A stretch of DNA of 64,000 nt. Source: Myxococcota bacterium. Its GTDB lineage: Bacteria; Myxococcota_A; UBA9160; UBA6930. The stretch spans positions 608,001 to 672,000 of the forward strand of contig OZ245002.1 in NCBI GenBank assembly GCA_965223415.1, given 5' to 3'. Position numbers and translations under genes: made by a program. Shown here in pieces: positions 9,991 to 22,081 of the stretch. The notes below the pieces were generated by a model. The model was given only the letters and a program-made list of their open reading frames with translations. It was not told the DNA's origin and did no database searches. Numbering within the stretch: position 1 is the stretch's first letter; every line of letters starts with the position of its first letter.

Positions 9991-11433
9991 ATGAGCGCCG
10001 CAGCCGATCGGAACGGTCTCGATCTCGAGACCGCTCTGCCGCTGATCCAGGGCCTCACTCGGCTCCACGATTGGGTCGCGCTGCTCGACGCGCGCGGCGG
10101 CATCCTGTGGCTGTCGGACGCGCTCGCCAGCACCTGCGGCGGAGGGCGTAGCTTCAAGGGCCGACACTGGCTCGAGTCGATGGTGAGCACCGACGATCGC
10201 GCGCGCCTCGAGGAGACCCTCGCCCACGAGGGCAGGGTCTCCGGCGAAGCCGTGAGCGTCGTCGACGGCGACGGCGCGCTCCTGCCGGTCGAGGTCTCGG
10301 CGGCGCACATCGCCGACGGCTGCGATGCGGTGGTCGCGATCTTCCGCCACGGCCGCGAGCCCGGCGACCACCTCGAGGCGGCCACCCTTCGCTACCTGGC
10401 GGCCGTCCTCGACAGCTCCCCCGACGGCGTGGTGGTCATCGATCGCAGCCGCTTCATCACCTACGCCAATCCGGCGATGGAAGAGATCTCCGGATGGAGC
10501 CACGACGAGCTGGTCGACCGGCCCCTGGCCGTGTTTCTGCGCGGCCAGGGAGACCTCGAGTCGATCGCCGGCGCGCTCTCGGATCAGCCGACCGTACGTG
10601 GTGTCGAGCTCGGCGTGCGCCGCCGCGACGACACGCCGCTCGACGTCTCGGTCTCCGTGAGCCGGCTCGCGCTACAGGACGGCACCCAGGTGGGCGCCGT
10701 CGCCTACGTCCAGGACATCACCGAGCGGCGACGCTTCGAGCGCGATCTCGCCCGCAAGAACGAGGAGCTCCAGCACTACGTCGACGCCGTGAGCCACGAC
10801 CTGCGCTCACCCCTCGTCTCGATCCTGGGCTTCTCCCGCCTGCTCCGCGAGGATTTCGCCCCTGCCCTCGGCGAGAAGGGCCAGCACTTCCTCGGCCGCA
10901 TCGAAGAAGCGGGCCGCACGATGGAATCCCTGATCCAGGAGCTGCTCGAGTTCTCGCGCATCGGGGCCGGCGACGAGCCGCCGGGCTGGGTCGACCCCCG
11001 CGACGTCCTGCTCCAGCTCCGCGCCGAGCTCAAGCCGCGCCTCGACGAGGAGCACGTGCTCCTCGAGCTGCCCGACGATCCGCCCCTCGTCCGCGTCGAG
11101 CGCACCCGCCTGTACCAGCTCTTCTCCAACCTGATCGGCAACGCCCTCCGCCACATGGGCCGCGTCCCGGAGCCGCGCATCCATGTCGCGATCCGGAACG
11201 GCGGCAGCAACATCCGCATCTCGGTCGCCGACAACGGCGTCGGCATCGAGCCGGACCGCCACGAGCAGATCTTCGAGATCTTCCACAGCGGCGACCGCGG
11301 CGAGGGCCGGAACGGCACCGGCATGGGGCTCGCCATCGTGAAGAAGATCGCGGAGGCTCGGGGCGGACGGACGTGGGTGGAGAGTCGGCCCGGGGACGGC
11401 GCCACCTTCCATGTGGAGCTTCCCGGGAGCTGA
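9991..11433 (+). CDS. cytoplasmic PAS-PAS sensor histidine kinase
   Basis: PAS/PAC (YANPA, QDITER), H-box SHDLRSPL, NLIGNA, DNGVGI, GTGMGL. Confidence 0.92.
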   Translation: MSAAADRNGLDLETALPLIQGLTRLHDWVALLDARGGILWLSDALASTCGGGRSFKGRHWLESMVSTDDRARLEETLAHEGRVSGEAVSVVDGDGALLPVEVSAAHIADGCDAVVAIFRHGREPGDHLEAATLRYLAAVLDSSPDGVVVIDRSRFITYANPAMEEISGWSHDELVDRPLAVFLRGQGDLESIAGALSDQPTVRGVELGVRRRDDTPLDVSVSVSRLALQDGTQVGAVAYVQDITERRRFERDLARKNEELQHYVDAVSHDLRSPLVSILGFSRLLREDFAPALGEKGQHFLGRIEEAGRTMESLIQELLEFSRIGAGDEPPGWVDPRDVLLQLRAELKPRLDEEHVLLELPDDPPLVRVERTRLYQLFSNLIGNALRHMGRVPEPRIHVAIRNGGSNIRISVADNGVGIEPDRHEQIFEIFHSGDRGEGRNGTGMGLAIVKKIAEARGGRTWVESRPGDGATFHVELPGS

Positions 11434-11558
11434 GCGCGGAGGCCGGACGAAGCACGGATCGATCGCCGCCGGTCGCCGGCAAGATCGACGGACCCTCCGC
11501 GGCTCCAGGTTGCCAATCCACCCCCCTCATCTAGCCTCGGCGCCCGGAGGCCCCCTGC

Positions 11559-12305
11559 ATGTATCCGGTCGTCTGGGAACCGTTCGGCTATCCGATCAGC
11601 TCGTTCGGGGTGATGATGGCGGTCGGCTTCCTGGTCTCCGCCTGGATCGTCGGCAAGCGGCTCGCAGAGTACGGGCAGGATCCGGAGCTCTCCTCGACCA
11701 TCCTCATCTACGCGATGGTCGGCGGGGTCCTGGGCTCGAAGCTGTACTTCGCGGTGGACCAGTGGGCGCTCGGAACGATGCCCTTCTGGGACGCGCTGCT
11801 GAATCGGGCGGGCATCACCTGGTACGGCGGGCTGATCGGCGGGACCCTGGTCGTCACGCTGGCGACGCGGATCCACGGGATTCCCACCCGGCTGGTGTCG
11901 AGCTGCGTGGCCACCGCGGCCCCCTTCGGCCAGGCGTGCGGGCGGATCGGCTGCTTCCTCGTCGGTGACGACTACGGGCGGCCCACGGACGGCTGGTACG
12001 GCATCGCCTTCCCCGAGGGTGCGCCGCCGACCACCGTGCCGGTGCATCCGACCCAGCTCTACGAAGTGGTCTGGCTGGTGCTGGCGGGCACCCTCCTCTG
12101 GAAGCGGCGCAAGTCGAGCCCCTTCCTCTTCGGCGAGTACCTGGCCCTCAACGGTTTCGGCCGTTTCTTCATCGAGATGCTGCGGATCAACCCGGAGGTG
12201 GCCCTCGGGCTCACCGAGCCCCAGTGGATCGGTGTGGGCCTGGTCGTGCTCGGTGGGGTGGGATGGATGTACTATCGGGGGCGTCCCGAAGAGGTCCCCG
12301 CATGA
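11559..12305 (+). CDS. lgt: prolipoprotein diacylglyceryl transferase
   Basis: WYGGLIGG, GQACGRIGCFL, HPTQLYE, RFFIE. Confidence 0.9.
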   Translation: MYPVVWEPFGYPISSFGVMMAVGFLVSAWIVGKRLAEYGQDPELSSTILIYAMVGGVLGSKLYFAVDQWALGTMPFWDALLNRAGITWYGGLIGGTLVVTLATRIHGIPTRLVSSCVATAAPFGQACGRIGCFLVGDDYGRPTDGWYGIAFPEGAPPTTVPVHPTQLYEVVWLVLAGTLLWKRRKSSPFLFGEYLALNGFGRFFIEMLRINPEVALGLTEPQWIGVGLVVLGGVGWMYYRGRPEEVPA

Positions 12306-12946
12306 CCGCCGAGCGACGCAGCGTCGAGACCCGCAGGAAGATCCTGGAGATCGCCGAGCAGGAGTTCGCCCGGGAGGGCTACGCCGGGGCCCACCTGCAG
12401 CGCATCGCCTCCCAGGTGGGCGTCCAGAAGACCGCCCTCTACTACTACTTCGCCAGCAAGGCCGCCCTGTTCGAGGCAGTGCTGGCGGGCATGATGGAGG
12501 TCTTCGACGAGCGCATCGCGGAGATCCTCGACCAGCCCAAGCCCCACGCCGAGCGCCTGATCGAGGTCGTGGACCGGATGAACGACCTGCTGGCGGAGCG
12601 GCCCACCTACGCCCAGGTGTTGATCCGCATCTTCATCGACAAGTACGAGATCACGAGCAGCCAGCTGCTGCAGGGTCCCGTCGAGCGGATGATCGCCCGC
12701 ATGCTCACCTTCCTTCGGGAGGGCATGGACGCGGGCGTGTTCGTCCGCTGCTCCTCCCGCCACCTCTTCACCAGCACCCTGGGCGCCCTGGTGTTCCACT
12801 ACGCCACCGGGCCGCTAGGCGCCGCCATCCTGGGCGTCGACGACCTGTCCACCTACGACGCGGTGAAGTGGCGGCGCGACGAGATGCGCGGGATCGTCCA
12901 GCGCGCCATCCTGCGCGAGCCGCTGGACCTCACCGGACGGGACTGA
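12302..12946 (+). CDS. TetR/AcrR transcriptional regulator
   Basis: N-terminal HTH IASQVGVQKTALYYYFASK; ATG overlaps the lgt stop. Confidence 0.9.
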   Translation: MTAERRSVETRRKILEIAEQEFAREGYAGAHLQRIASQVGVQKTALYYYFASKAALFEAVLAGMMEVFDERIAEILDQPKPHAERLIEVVDRMNDLLAERPTYAQVLIRIFIDKYEITSSQLLQGPVERMIARMLTFLREGMDAGVFVRCSSRHLFTSTLGALVFHYATGPLGAAILGVDDLSTYDAVKWRRDEMRGIVQRAILREPLDLTGRD

Positions 12947-12956
12947 ACGGGCGGGC

Positions 12957-13916
12957 TCAGGCCGCGGGGCTCTCGCCCTCGCTGGGCAGGCCGTGTCGGA
13001 TGCGCTCGGCGAGGGCGCTGGCGCCGTCGGCGAGCGCCGGGTCGTGCTCGTCGCCGAGCAGCTGGCCGACTCGGGAGAGGGCCGCAATCGCCAGACGCGC
13101 GGAGCGGGCCTCGCCCTCGCCGGGCCCCGCATCGAGCCATGCGCCGAGTGAGGCGATCGCTTCTTGGAAGCGACCGTCGAGAAAGGCCTGCATGCCGTCC
13201 GCGTAGGCGCCGAGCCGCCGCGTGTGGTCGGCCGAATAGCCCAGCCGACGGGCGGCGCGCAGCGCCCCGGCGCCGGCCTGGAAGAAGCCGCTCGCCAGGT
13301 AGGACTCCGCCGCCCGCGCCCAGCCGCTGGCCGCGTCGCCGTGGATCCCCTCGAGCACCTCGTCCAGGGGGGCGCCCATCACCTCCTCCACCTCCTCCCG
13401 ATGCTCGACGAGGAATCGGGTGACGTAGGCGTTGCCGGCGTTCGCCGCGAGCAGCACGCGGAACTGGGCACCGGTCTGACGCAGCAGGGTTTCTGCCTCG
13501 AGCAGCGACTCCTCGAGCCGGATGCCGGAATCGCCGACGATCTTCTCGAACTCGCGCAGGAGCCCGCCCTCGTCCGGGACGTCCGCCTGGCGCAGGGCGC
13601 GAACCCGCGGGCCGTAGACGTCGCGGGTGTAGACGTTCTCCCGGAACTTCATCGCCTCGTGGAAGAGGGAGCCCACCGCCAGGTCGAAAAGCGTGCCCGG
13701 GCCGATCTCGGCGTCGGCCTCGGCGCTGCGGAAGACCCGGTGGCAACGCTCCTTCAGGCGGAAGAGCACGCTCTCCTCGTCGTCACCGACCAGCTCCAGC
13801 ACCTCCTCGAAGCGCAGCTCGCCCGCACGATGGCGTGCCGCCACCGCGCGCAGGGAGCGGTGGGCCATCAGGAAGTCGCGTGCGATGTCGACCAGGGTCG
13901 AGTCGATCGTCCGCAT
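12957..13916 (-). CDS. hypothetical protein (helical, TPR-like C-terminus)
   Basis: Coding-like ORF, no family recognised. Confidence 0.6.
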   Translation of the reverse strand: MRTIDSTLVDIARDFLMAHRSLRAVAARHRAGELRFEEVLELVGDDEESVLFRLKERCHRVFRSAEADAEIGPGTLFDLAVGSLFHEAMKFRENVYTRDVYGPRVRALRQADVPDEGGLLREFEKIVGDSGIRLEESLLEAETLLRQTGAQFRVLLAANAGNAYVTRFLVEHREEVEEVMGAPLDEVLEGIHGDAASGWARAAESYLASGFFQAGAGALRAARRLGYSADHTRRLGAYADGMQAFLDGRFQEAIASLGAWLDAGPGEGEARSARLAIAALSRVGQLLGDEHDPALADGASALAERIRHGLPSEGESPAA

Positions 13917-13966
13917 GGGTCGCAGTATGGTAGACCCGTCTCTCCCGAGCCAAGCGACGACCATCG

Positions 13967-15602
<1,636 letters not shown>

Positions 15603-15616
15603 CTATCGTCCGGCCC

Positions 15617-17284
15617 ATGAACGCCCCGACCCTTCGCGAAGAAATGGAGGTCGACGTCCTCTTCGTCGGCGCCGGCCCGGCGACCCTCGCCTCGGCCTAC
15701 CACCTGATGAAGACCTGCGAGGCCCGCGGCGTGGAGCCGCCGGCGGTGCTGGTGATCGAGAAGAGCGCCGAGGTCGGCGACCACATGCTCTCGGGCGCCT
15801 GCGTCAACCCCCGCGGCATCCGCGAGCTGATGCCGGACTTCCTCGATCAGGGCTTCCCCCTCGAGTACGTCTGCGACAAGCCGCAGACCCACGTCTTCCT
15901 GCCGAACCACCACTTCCGGCTGCCCATCAACCCGCCGGAGTTCGCGAAGCGCGACTACATGGTCGCGTCCCTGAACAAGGTGGTGAAGTGGCTGGCCGAG
16001 AAGTGCGAGGCCCTGGGCGTCGAGATCTACTCGGGCTTCGCGGGCGACCGGATCCTGGTCGAGGGCAACAAGGTCACCGGCGTCCGCCTCGGCGACATGG
16101 GTGTGGACAAGGACGGCAAGCCGAAGGGCACCTACCAGCCGGGCATGGACATCAAGGCGAGCGTGACCGTCCTGGGCGAGGGCGTGCGTGGCTCGCTGAC
16201 CAAGCAGCTGATCTCGCGCTTCGGCCTCGAAGGGGAGAACCCGCAGATCTACGAGACGGGGATCAAGGAGATCTGGCGCGTCAAGCCGGAGAACCACGTT
16301 CCCGGCCGGGTGGTTCACGGCATGGTGCCCCTGGATCTCGTCGACGCGTTCGGCGGCATGTTCCTCTACGACATGAAGGACAACCTGGTGTCCTTCGGCG
16401 TGGTCACGGCGCTCGAGTCTTCCAACCCGTTCCTCGATCCGCACCTCCGCTCCCAGAAGCTCAAGACGAATCCGTACTTCCGGAAGCTCTTCGAGGGTGG
16501 GGAGCTGGTGCGCTACGGCGCGAAGACGATCCCCATCGGCGGGCTGACCTCGATGCCCAAGCTCTACACCGACGGCGCGCTGCTGGTCGGCGACTCGGCC
16601 GGGTTCTGCAACGGGGAGAAGCTCTCGGGAGTCCACCTGGCGATCAAGTCGGGCATGCTGGCCGCCGAGACCGTCGCCGACGCGGTCGCCAGCGGCGACT
16701 TCACATCGGTCACCCTCGGCGGCTACACCGAGCGCTACCGCCAGAGCTGGGCCTTCGAGGAGCACTGGAAGTCGCGGACGCACCACGCGTCCTTCGCCGG
16801 GAGCTTCGCCTTCACGGCCATCAACGAGCCCTTCCGCCGCTTCCTCACCGACGGCGGCGGGCTGGTCGGCCACCCCTCCTTCCACGCCGGGCACGAGGCG
16901 ATGAAGAAGCTCTCCGAGCTCCCGCCCGAGAAGCGGGTGAAGGAGGAGTTCGAGTTCGACGGCGAGCTCACCTTCTCGAAGGAGCACCTGGTGGGCTTCT
17001 CGGGCACGGCCCACGAGGCGGACCAGCCCTCGCACCTGGTGGTGGCCGATACCGACCTGTGCAGCGACGTCTGCACCGAGGAGTACGGCAACCCCTGCGA
17101 GAGCTTCTGCCCCGCGGCGGTCTACGAGATGATGGACGACCCGGAGGAGCCGGGGAAGAAGAAGCTCTTCATCCACCACGAGAACTGCGTCCACTGCAAG
17201 ACCTGCGACATCGCCGACCCGTACCAGGCGATCACGTGGACGCCGCCGGAAGGGGGCGAGGGGCCCGACTACCAGCTGATGTAG
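15617..17284 (+). CDS. electron transfer flavoprotein-ubiquinone oxidoreductase
   Basis: VGAGPA, SGACVNPR, GDSAGF, CPAAVYE, ENCVHCKTCDIADP, PEGGEGPDY. Confidence 0.93.
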   Translation: MNAPTLREEMEVDVLFVGAGPATLASAYHLMKTCEARGVEPPAVLVIEKSAEVGDHMLSGACVNPRGIRELMPDFLDQGFPLEYVCDKPQTHVFLPNHHFRLPINPPEFAKRDYMVASLNKVVKWLAEKCEALGVEIYSGFAGDRILVEGNKVTGVRLGDMGVDKDGKPKGTYQPGMDIKASVTVLGEGVRGSLTKQLISRFGLEGENPQIYETGIKEIWRVKPENHVPGRVVHGMVPLDLVDAFGGMFLYDMKDNLVSFGVVTALESSNPFLDPHLRSQKLKTNPYFRKLFEGGELVRYGAKTIPIGGLTSMPKLYTDGALLVGDSAGFCNGEKLSGVHLAIKSGMLAAETVADAVASGDFTSVTLGGYTERYRQSWAFEEHWKSRTHHASFAGSFAFTAINEPFRRFLTDGGGLVGHPSFHAGHEAMKKLSELPPEKRVKEEFEFDGELTFSKEHLVGFSGTAHEADQPSHLVVADTDLCSDVCTEEYGNPCESFCPAAVYEMMDDPEEPGKKKLFIHHENCVHCKTCDIADPYQAITWTPPEGGEGPDYQLM

Positions 17285-17288
17285 CGAC

Positions 17289-18113
17289 TCAGAGGACACG
17301 GCCGAGGGCGTCCAGCAGGACGTCCCGGTCTTCGTCTTCGGCGCACACGGCGAGGGCCCGCGCCGGCTCGTCCTGGTCGTCCGGGAACGGGCGACCGTCC
17401 TCGGCCCAGGCCTGGCCGCCGGCGACCCGGCTGATCAGCACGCCGACCCGGCCGCGGATGCTGATGTTCGCGGTGCCCGGGGAGTGGCGGAGGCCCGCGC
17501 GGAAGCCGGGAATGAGGGGGGCTACCGCGATGGCACCGCCGGAGCCGAACCACACCTCGTAGCCGTGCTCGCGCAGGGCGGCGAGGGCGGGCTCGGGGAG
17601 CTCGTGGGAGACCACGATCCGGTTGCCGGTGGCCTCGGCCCTCCACGGTCGGGACGGGCCCCGGGGCCGCGTGCGCCGGGCGATCCCGGCCCGGGCGGCG
17701 TCGAAGAAGAGACCTTCCCGGGGCAGGGCGACGAGCGCCGCCTCGTAGCGCCCGGCCGCCGCCAGGCCCACGATGCAGGCGTAGGGACCGCGGGCCTCGA
17801 TGTAGGAGTGCAGGGTCCCGTCGATCGGGTCGATGACCACCTCCGCCGGCGCCTCGGAGGGGAACTGGGCCACGAGCGGCGTGTCCTCCTCCGCGCGCAG
17901 CGAGACCTCCGGGCAGTGCTCGAGGAGCGCCTCCAGGATGGCCTCCTGGACCGCGGTGTCCGCCAGGGTGAGCGCGGCCTTCACGGCGGTGGCCTCGTCG
18001 GCCTTCGGCGTGTTCTCGACCCGGCCCTCCAGGGCCCGGGCGATGGCGGCGGCCTGGCGCACCGCCGGTCCGACCGCTTCCAGGAACGCCTCCGGGCCCG
18101 GCGTCGCGCGCAC
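17289..18113 (-). CDS. inositol monophosphatase-family protein (divergent)
   Basis: LTLADTAVQEAI, AEE, VIDPIDGT; probable GTG start at 18113 with GGAGG upstream. Confidence 0.75.
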   Translation of the reverse strand: MRATPGPEAFLEAVGPAVRQAAAIARALEGRVENTPKADEATAVKAALTLADTAVQEAILEALLEHCPEVSLRAEEDTPLVAQFPSEAPAEVVIDPIDGTLHSYIEARGPYACIVGLAAAGRYEAALVALPREGLFFDAARAGIARRTRPRGPSRPWRAEATGNRIVVSHELPEPALAALREHGYEVWFGSGGAIAVAPLIPGFRAGLRHSPGTANISIRGRVGVLISRVAGGQAWAEDGRPFPDDQDEPARALAVCAEDEDRDVLLDALGRVL

Positions 18114-18174
18114 CCCTCCCACCTGTCCTCCGGCTTGCGAGCGGCCGGATGCTACCCGTCGCGGCCCGTGCGGG

Positions 18175-18375
18175 CTACGCCGGGCCGGGCTCCTCGGCGG
18201 GTCCGCGCAGCACCAGCATCCGCCCGATCGGGCGGTGGGGAACGATGCCCCGGCGCAGCTCGGCGGCAGCGCGCAGCACCTCCCGGGGATCCTCGTCCCA
18301 CAGGTAGTAGCCGGGCCCCTCCAGGGCGAATCCCTCGCCGCGCCGGCGCAGGGTGATCTCGTCTTCGGAATGCAT
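18175..18375 (-). CDS. small hypothetical protein
   Basis: 66 aa ORF with a purine-rich RBS (GGAG). Confidence 0.4.
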   Translation of the reverse strand: MHSEDEITLRRRGEGFALEGPGYYLWDEDPREVLRAAAELRRGIVPHRPIGRMLVLRGPAEEPGPA

Positions 18376-18488
18376 GTCGTCTCCGTTCGTCTCTCGTTCT
18401 CTCTCTGTTCTGGAGAGAGGATCGGGACGGCGCGTGGAGATCGTGTGACGGGGGAGACACATTGTGCGCACACGCGTAAGGTGTCGCG

Positions 18489-19106
18489 ATGCGCGCGATG
18501 GGTCGTCTCCTCCTGATCGCGGGACTGCTGGCCTCCAGCGGCGCTGGAGGCGAGGTGAACCACCTCACCGACCACGACACCCACTCGGATGCCGGCGACA
18601 TGCACGCGGTCATCGAGATCCCCGCCGGCACGAACGCGAAGTGGCAGGTGGGGGAGGACGGCCGGCTCGCGTGGGAGGAGAAGGACGGCCGCCCCCGGGT
18701 GGTCGGCTACCTGCCCTACCCGGCCAACTACGGCATGGTCCCGCGTACGCTCCAGGCCGAAGCGGACGGCGGCGACGGCGACCCTCTCGACGTCTTCGTC
18801 CTCGGGCCGGCGCTCCCCCGCGGCAGCCTGGTGTCGACCCGGCCGATCGCGGTGATCCGCATGCTCGACGGCGGCGAGCGGGACGACAAGCTACTGGCCG
18901 TTCCCCCGAGCGGCCCGATGGGCGAGCTGCGCAGCCTGGCGGAGCTGGAGGCGCGGCACCCGGGTGCCCTTCGCATCCTGCGCATCTGGCTCGAGAACTA
19001 CAAGGGCAGCGGCGAGGTGCGGGTGGAGGCGGTGCTCGGCGCCGAGGCGGCAGGGAGTGCCCTCGCCGCCGCGGCGGCGGCCTTCGAGCGGGTGCACGGC
19101 AAGTGA
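18489..19106 (+). CDS. ppa: family I inorganic pyrophosphatase with signal-peptide-like N-terminus
   Basis: [38 protein letters not shown]. Confidence 0.9.
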   Translation: MRAMGRLLLIAGLLASSGAGGEVNHLTDHDTHSDAGDMHAVIEIPAGTNAKWQVGEDGRLAWEEKDGRPRVVGYLPYPANYGMVPRTLQAEADGGDGDPLDVFVLGPALPRGSLVSTRPIAVIRMLDGGERDDKLLAVPPSGPMGELRSLAELEARHPGALRILRIWLENYKGSGEVRVEAVLGAEAAGSALAAAAAAFERVHGK

Positions 19107-19335
19107 GCCGGCGCATGCTGGCGGAAGCGATCGGCACCTGGCCCTCGGCGCCGGGCCGTTGACGGGGGCCTCGATGAACCCTGCCCGCTCCTTCGGACCG
19201 GCCCTGGCCTCGGGGCAGCTCGCCGATCTCTGGATCTACGCTTCGGCACCGGTGGCGGGCGCCGCGCTGGCCGTGCCGGCCTGCCGCGCGGTCCGCGGGC
19301 CCACTTGCTGTGCCGCCGAGCCGGGGAGCTCCTGA
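19103..19335 (+). pseudogene. aquaporin/MIP remnant with internal deletion
   Basis: [12 protein letters not shown] (TM1) joined out of frame at ~19139 to [18 protein letters not shown]...WIY..APVAGA. Confidence 0.75.
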
Positions 19336-19345
19336 GGAGCCCGGC

Positions 19346-20017
19346 TCAGCCCGCGTTCTCCAGCTTCGAGGCGTGCTTCACGTTGCGGGCTTCGGTCAGC
19401 ATGATCACGTCCTCGGCGATGTTGGTCGCGTGGTCGGCGACGCGCTCGAGGTTCTTCGCGATCAGGATGACGTCGACTTCCTGGGAGGTGAGCTCCGGGT
19501 GGTCGGAGATCTCTTGGATCGCCGCCTGGATGACCTCCTTCTCGTCCTGGTCGATGCGGTCGTCCTCGTCGAGCACGAAGGCCGCCCGCTCCGGATCGTG
19601 CTCGCTGAAGCTGTCGAGGGCGTGACGCAGGAGCCTCCGGGACTCGTCTGCCAGCGTCCGGAGCTTCTCGGGGATCGGCACCTCGGGGCGTTCGGAGAGC
19701 CGGAGGGCGCTCTTGGCGATGTTTCGCGCCAGGTCGCCCACGCGCTCGAGATCCGTGGCCATCATCTTGATGGCGATCACGCCGCGCAGGTCGTCGGCCA
19801 CCGGCGCCTGGGTGGCCAGGGCCCGCAGCACCGCCTCGTCGACGGCCAGGTCGAGGCGATCGATCTCGAGATCGTCGATCTTCACCTCGCGGGCCAGGGC
19901 CGGGTCGCGCTTGTAGACGGCGTGCAGGGACTTCTCGAGGATCGCCTCGGCGAGGCTGCCCATGCGCAGGATCTGCTGCCGGAGGTCCGCGAGGACCGGG
20001 TCGACGATTCGCGTCAT
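19346..20017 (-). CDS. phoU: phosphate signalling protein PhoU
   Basis: QAPVADDLR, DLERVGD, NLERVADHATNIAE. Confidence 0.95.
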   Translation of the reverse strand: MTRIVDPVLADLRQQILRMGSLAEAILEKSLHAVYKRDPALAREVKIDDLEIDRLDLAVDEAVLRALATQAPVADDLRGVIAIKMMATDLERVGDLARNIAKSALRLSERPEVPIPEKLRTLADESRRLLRHALDSFSEHDPERAAFVLDEDDRIDQDEKEVIQAAIQEISDHPELTSQEVDVILIAKNLERVADHATNIAEDVIMLTEARNVKHASKLENAG

Positions 20018-20026
20018 CGCAGTCTC

Positions 20027-20809
20027 CTAGCCGAAACGCCCGGTGATGTAGTCCCGGGTCCGTTCGTCCTTGGGATCCGTGAAGATCTGCCCGGTCTCGC
20101 CCTCCTCCACCACGATGCCGAGGTGGAAGAAGGCGGTCCGCTGGGAGACCCGGGCCGCTTGCTGCATCGAGTGGGTCACGATCACGATGGTGTAGTTCTC
20201 GCGAAGCTCCTCCATCAGCTCCTCGATGCGGGCCGTGGCGATGGGGTCGAGGGCCGAGCAGGGCTCGTCCATCAGGATCACGTCGGGCTGCACGGCGATG
20301 GCGCGCGCGATGCAGAGCCGCTGCTGCTGACCGCCGGAGAGGCCGGTGCCCGACTCGTCGAGCCGATCCTTCACCTCCTCGAAGAGGCCGGCCCGCTGCA
20401 GGCTCGTGGCGACGATTTCGTCGAGCTCCTCCCGGGAGGAGACGAGCCCGTGGATCTTCGGGCCGTAGGCCACGTTCTCGTAGATCGACTTGGGAAACGG
20501 GTTCGGCTTCTGGAACACCATGCCGATGCGCGCGCGGAGCTGCACCGGATCGATATCCGCCCGGTAGATGTCCTCGCCGTCGAGGGTGATCTTGCCCTCG
20601 ACGCGGCAGATGTCGATCACGTCGTTCATGCGGTTCAGACAGCGGATGTAAGTCGACTTGCCGCAGCCCGACGGCCCGATCAGGGAAGTGACCTGGTTCT
20701 TCTGGATGTCCAGGTTCACCGAGAAGAGGGCCTGCTTCTCGCCGTACCAGACGTTCAGGTCCCTCGTCGTGATCTTGGTCAAGAAGTGCGGACTCCGCGG
20801 CTCTTCCAT
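20027..20809 (-). CDS. pstB: phosphate ABC transporter ATPase
   Basis: [40 protein letters not shown]. Confidence 0.97.
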   Translation of the reverse strand: MEEPRSPHFLTKITTRDLNVWYGEKQALFSVNLDIQKNQVTSLIGPSGCGKSTYIRCLNRMNDVIDICRVEGKITLDGEDIYRADIDPVQLRARIGMVFQKPNPFPKSIYENVAYGPKIHGLVSSREELDEIVATSLQRAGLFEEVKDRLDESGTGLSGGQQQRLCIARAIAVQPDVILMDEPCSALDPIATARIEELMEELRENYTIVIVTHSMQQAARVSQRTAFFHLGIVVEEGETGQIFTDPKDERTRDYITGRFG

Positions 20810-20824
20810 GGGGGCCTCACCCGT

Positions 20825-22081
20825 CTACCAACGCCGCTCGAACCGGTTGCGGAGCAGCACGGCCGCAAGGTTCATGGCGACGAGGAAGGCTAGCAGCACG
20901 AGGATCGCGGCGGACGTCTTGGCCACGAAGGCCCGTTCCGGAGCGTCCGCCCACAGGAAGATCTGGACGGGAAGCACGGTCGCGGGGCTCGTCGGCCCAC
21001 CGGGCACGTCGACGATGAAGGCCACCATGCCGATCATGAGGAGCGGGGCGGTCTCGCCCAGCGCCCGGGCCATGCCGATGATCGTGCCGGTGAGGATGCC
21101 CGGTAGGGCCAGAGGCAACACGTGGTGGGCCACGACCTGCAGGGGCGACGCGCCCACGCCCAGCGCCGCCTCGCGAATGGAGGGCGGCACGGCCAGGATC
21201 GCCGAGCGGGCGGCGATGATCACGGTCGGGAGCGTCATCAGGGCCAGCACGAAGCCGCCCACCAGCGGGGCCGAGCGGGGCATGCCGAACAGGTTCAGGA
21301 AGACGGCCAGCCCGAGCAGCCCGAAGACGATGGAGGGGACGGCCGCCAGGTTGTTGATGTTCACCTCGATGAAGTCGGTGAGCCGGTTCCTCGGAGCGAA
21401 CTCCTCCAGGTAGACCGCCGCCGCCACGCCCACCGGGAAGGACAGCAGCAGGGTCACCAGCAGCGTCCAGAGCGAGCCGACCAGGGCTCCGCGAATCCCT
21501 GCCAGCTCGGGCTCGCGGCTGTCGCCGGAGGCGAAGAAGCGCCGGGCAAAGCGGTTCTCGACCCGGCCGTCGTCCTCGAGCGCCCGGAGCCAGCCGATCT
21601 GGGCGTCACTGAGGCGGCGGTCCGCCTCTGCGGTCGCGGCGTCGACGCCGCCCTTGAAGTAGAGGTCCGCATCGTCGGCGAGGGGGACGCGCACCGGCCG
21701 GGTCGTGCCGGCCAGCGACGGATCGGCGAGCACGAGCTCGCGCAGCTCGAAGGCCGCGCCGCTGCTGATCAGGGCGGAGAGCGCTCGGCGCTCGCGGCGG
21801 CCGGTCACCTCCGGAAAGCGCTCGCGCAGCGCCGTCTTCACGAGCCCCCCGTAGTCCTGCTGCTCCAGCGCCTCGGCATCGAAGTGGACGTCGAGGGTCG
21901 CCTCGTGGGCGAAGAAGGCCGGCAGGCCGCGCCAGAGGATGCTGCCGAGCAGCGCGACCAGGGCGGAGAGCGCCACGCCGATGGCGGCGGCACCGTAGAG
22001 ACGGAAGCGCCGTTCGGCGGCGTAGCGCCGTCGAAGCCGGCGCGCCGCCGCGTCCTTCGTGTGCAGCGAGCCGTCAGTCAT
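20825..22081 (-). CDS. pstA: phosphate ABC transporter permease
   Basis: NINNLAAVPSIVFGL, ARALGETAPL. Confidence 0.95.
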   Translation of the reverse strand: MTDGSLHTKDAAARRLRRRYAAERRFRLYGAAAIGVALSALVALLGSILWRGLPAFFAHEATLDVHFDAEALEQQDYGGLVKTALRERFPEVTGRRERRALSALISSGAAFELRELVLADPSLAGTTRPVRVPLADDADLYFKGGVDAATAEADRRLSDAQIGWLRALEDDGRVENRFARRFFASGDSREPELAGIRGALVGSLWTLLVTLLLSFPVGVAAAVYLEEFAPRNRLTDFIEVNINNLAAVPSIVFGLLGLAVFLNLFGMPRSAPLVGGFVLALMTLPTVIIAARSAILAVPPSIREAALGVGASPLQVVAHHVLPLALPGILTGTIIGMARALGETAPLLMIGMVAFIVDVPGGPTSPATVLPVQIFLWADAPERAFVAKTSAAILVLLAFLVAMNLAAVLLRNRFERRW

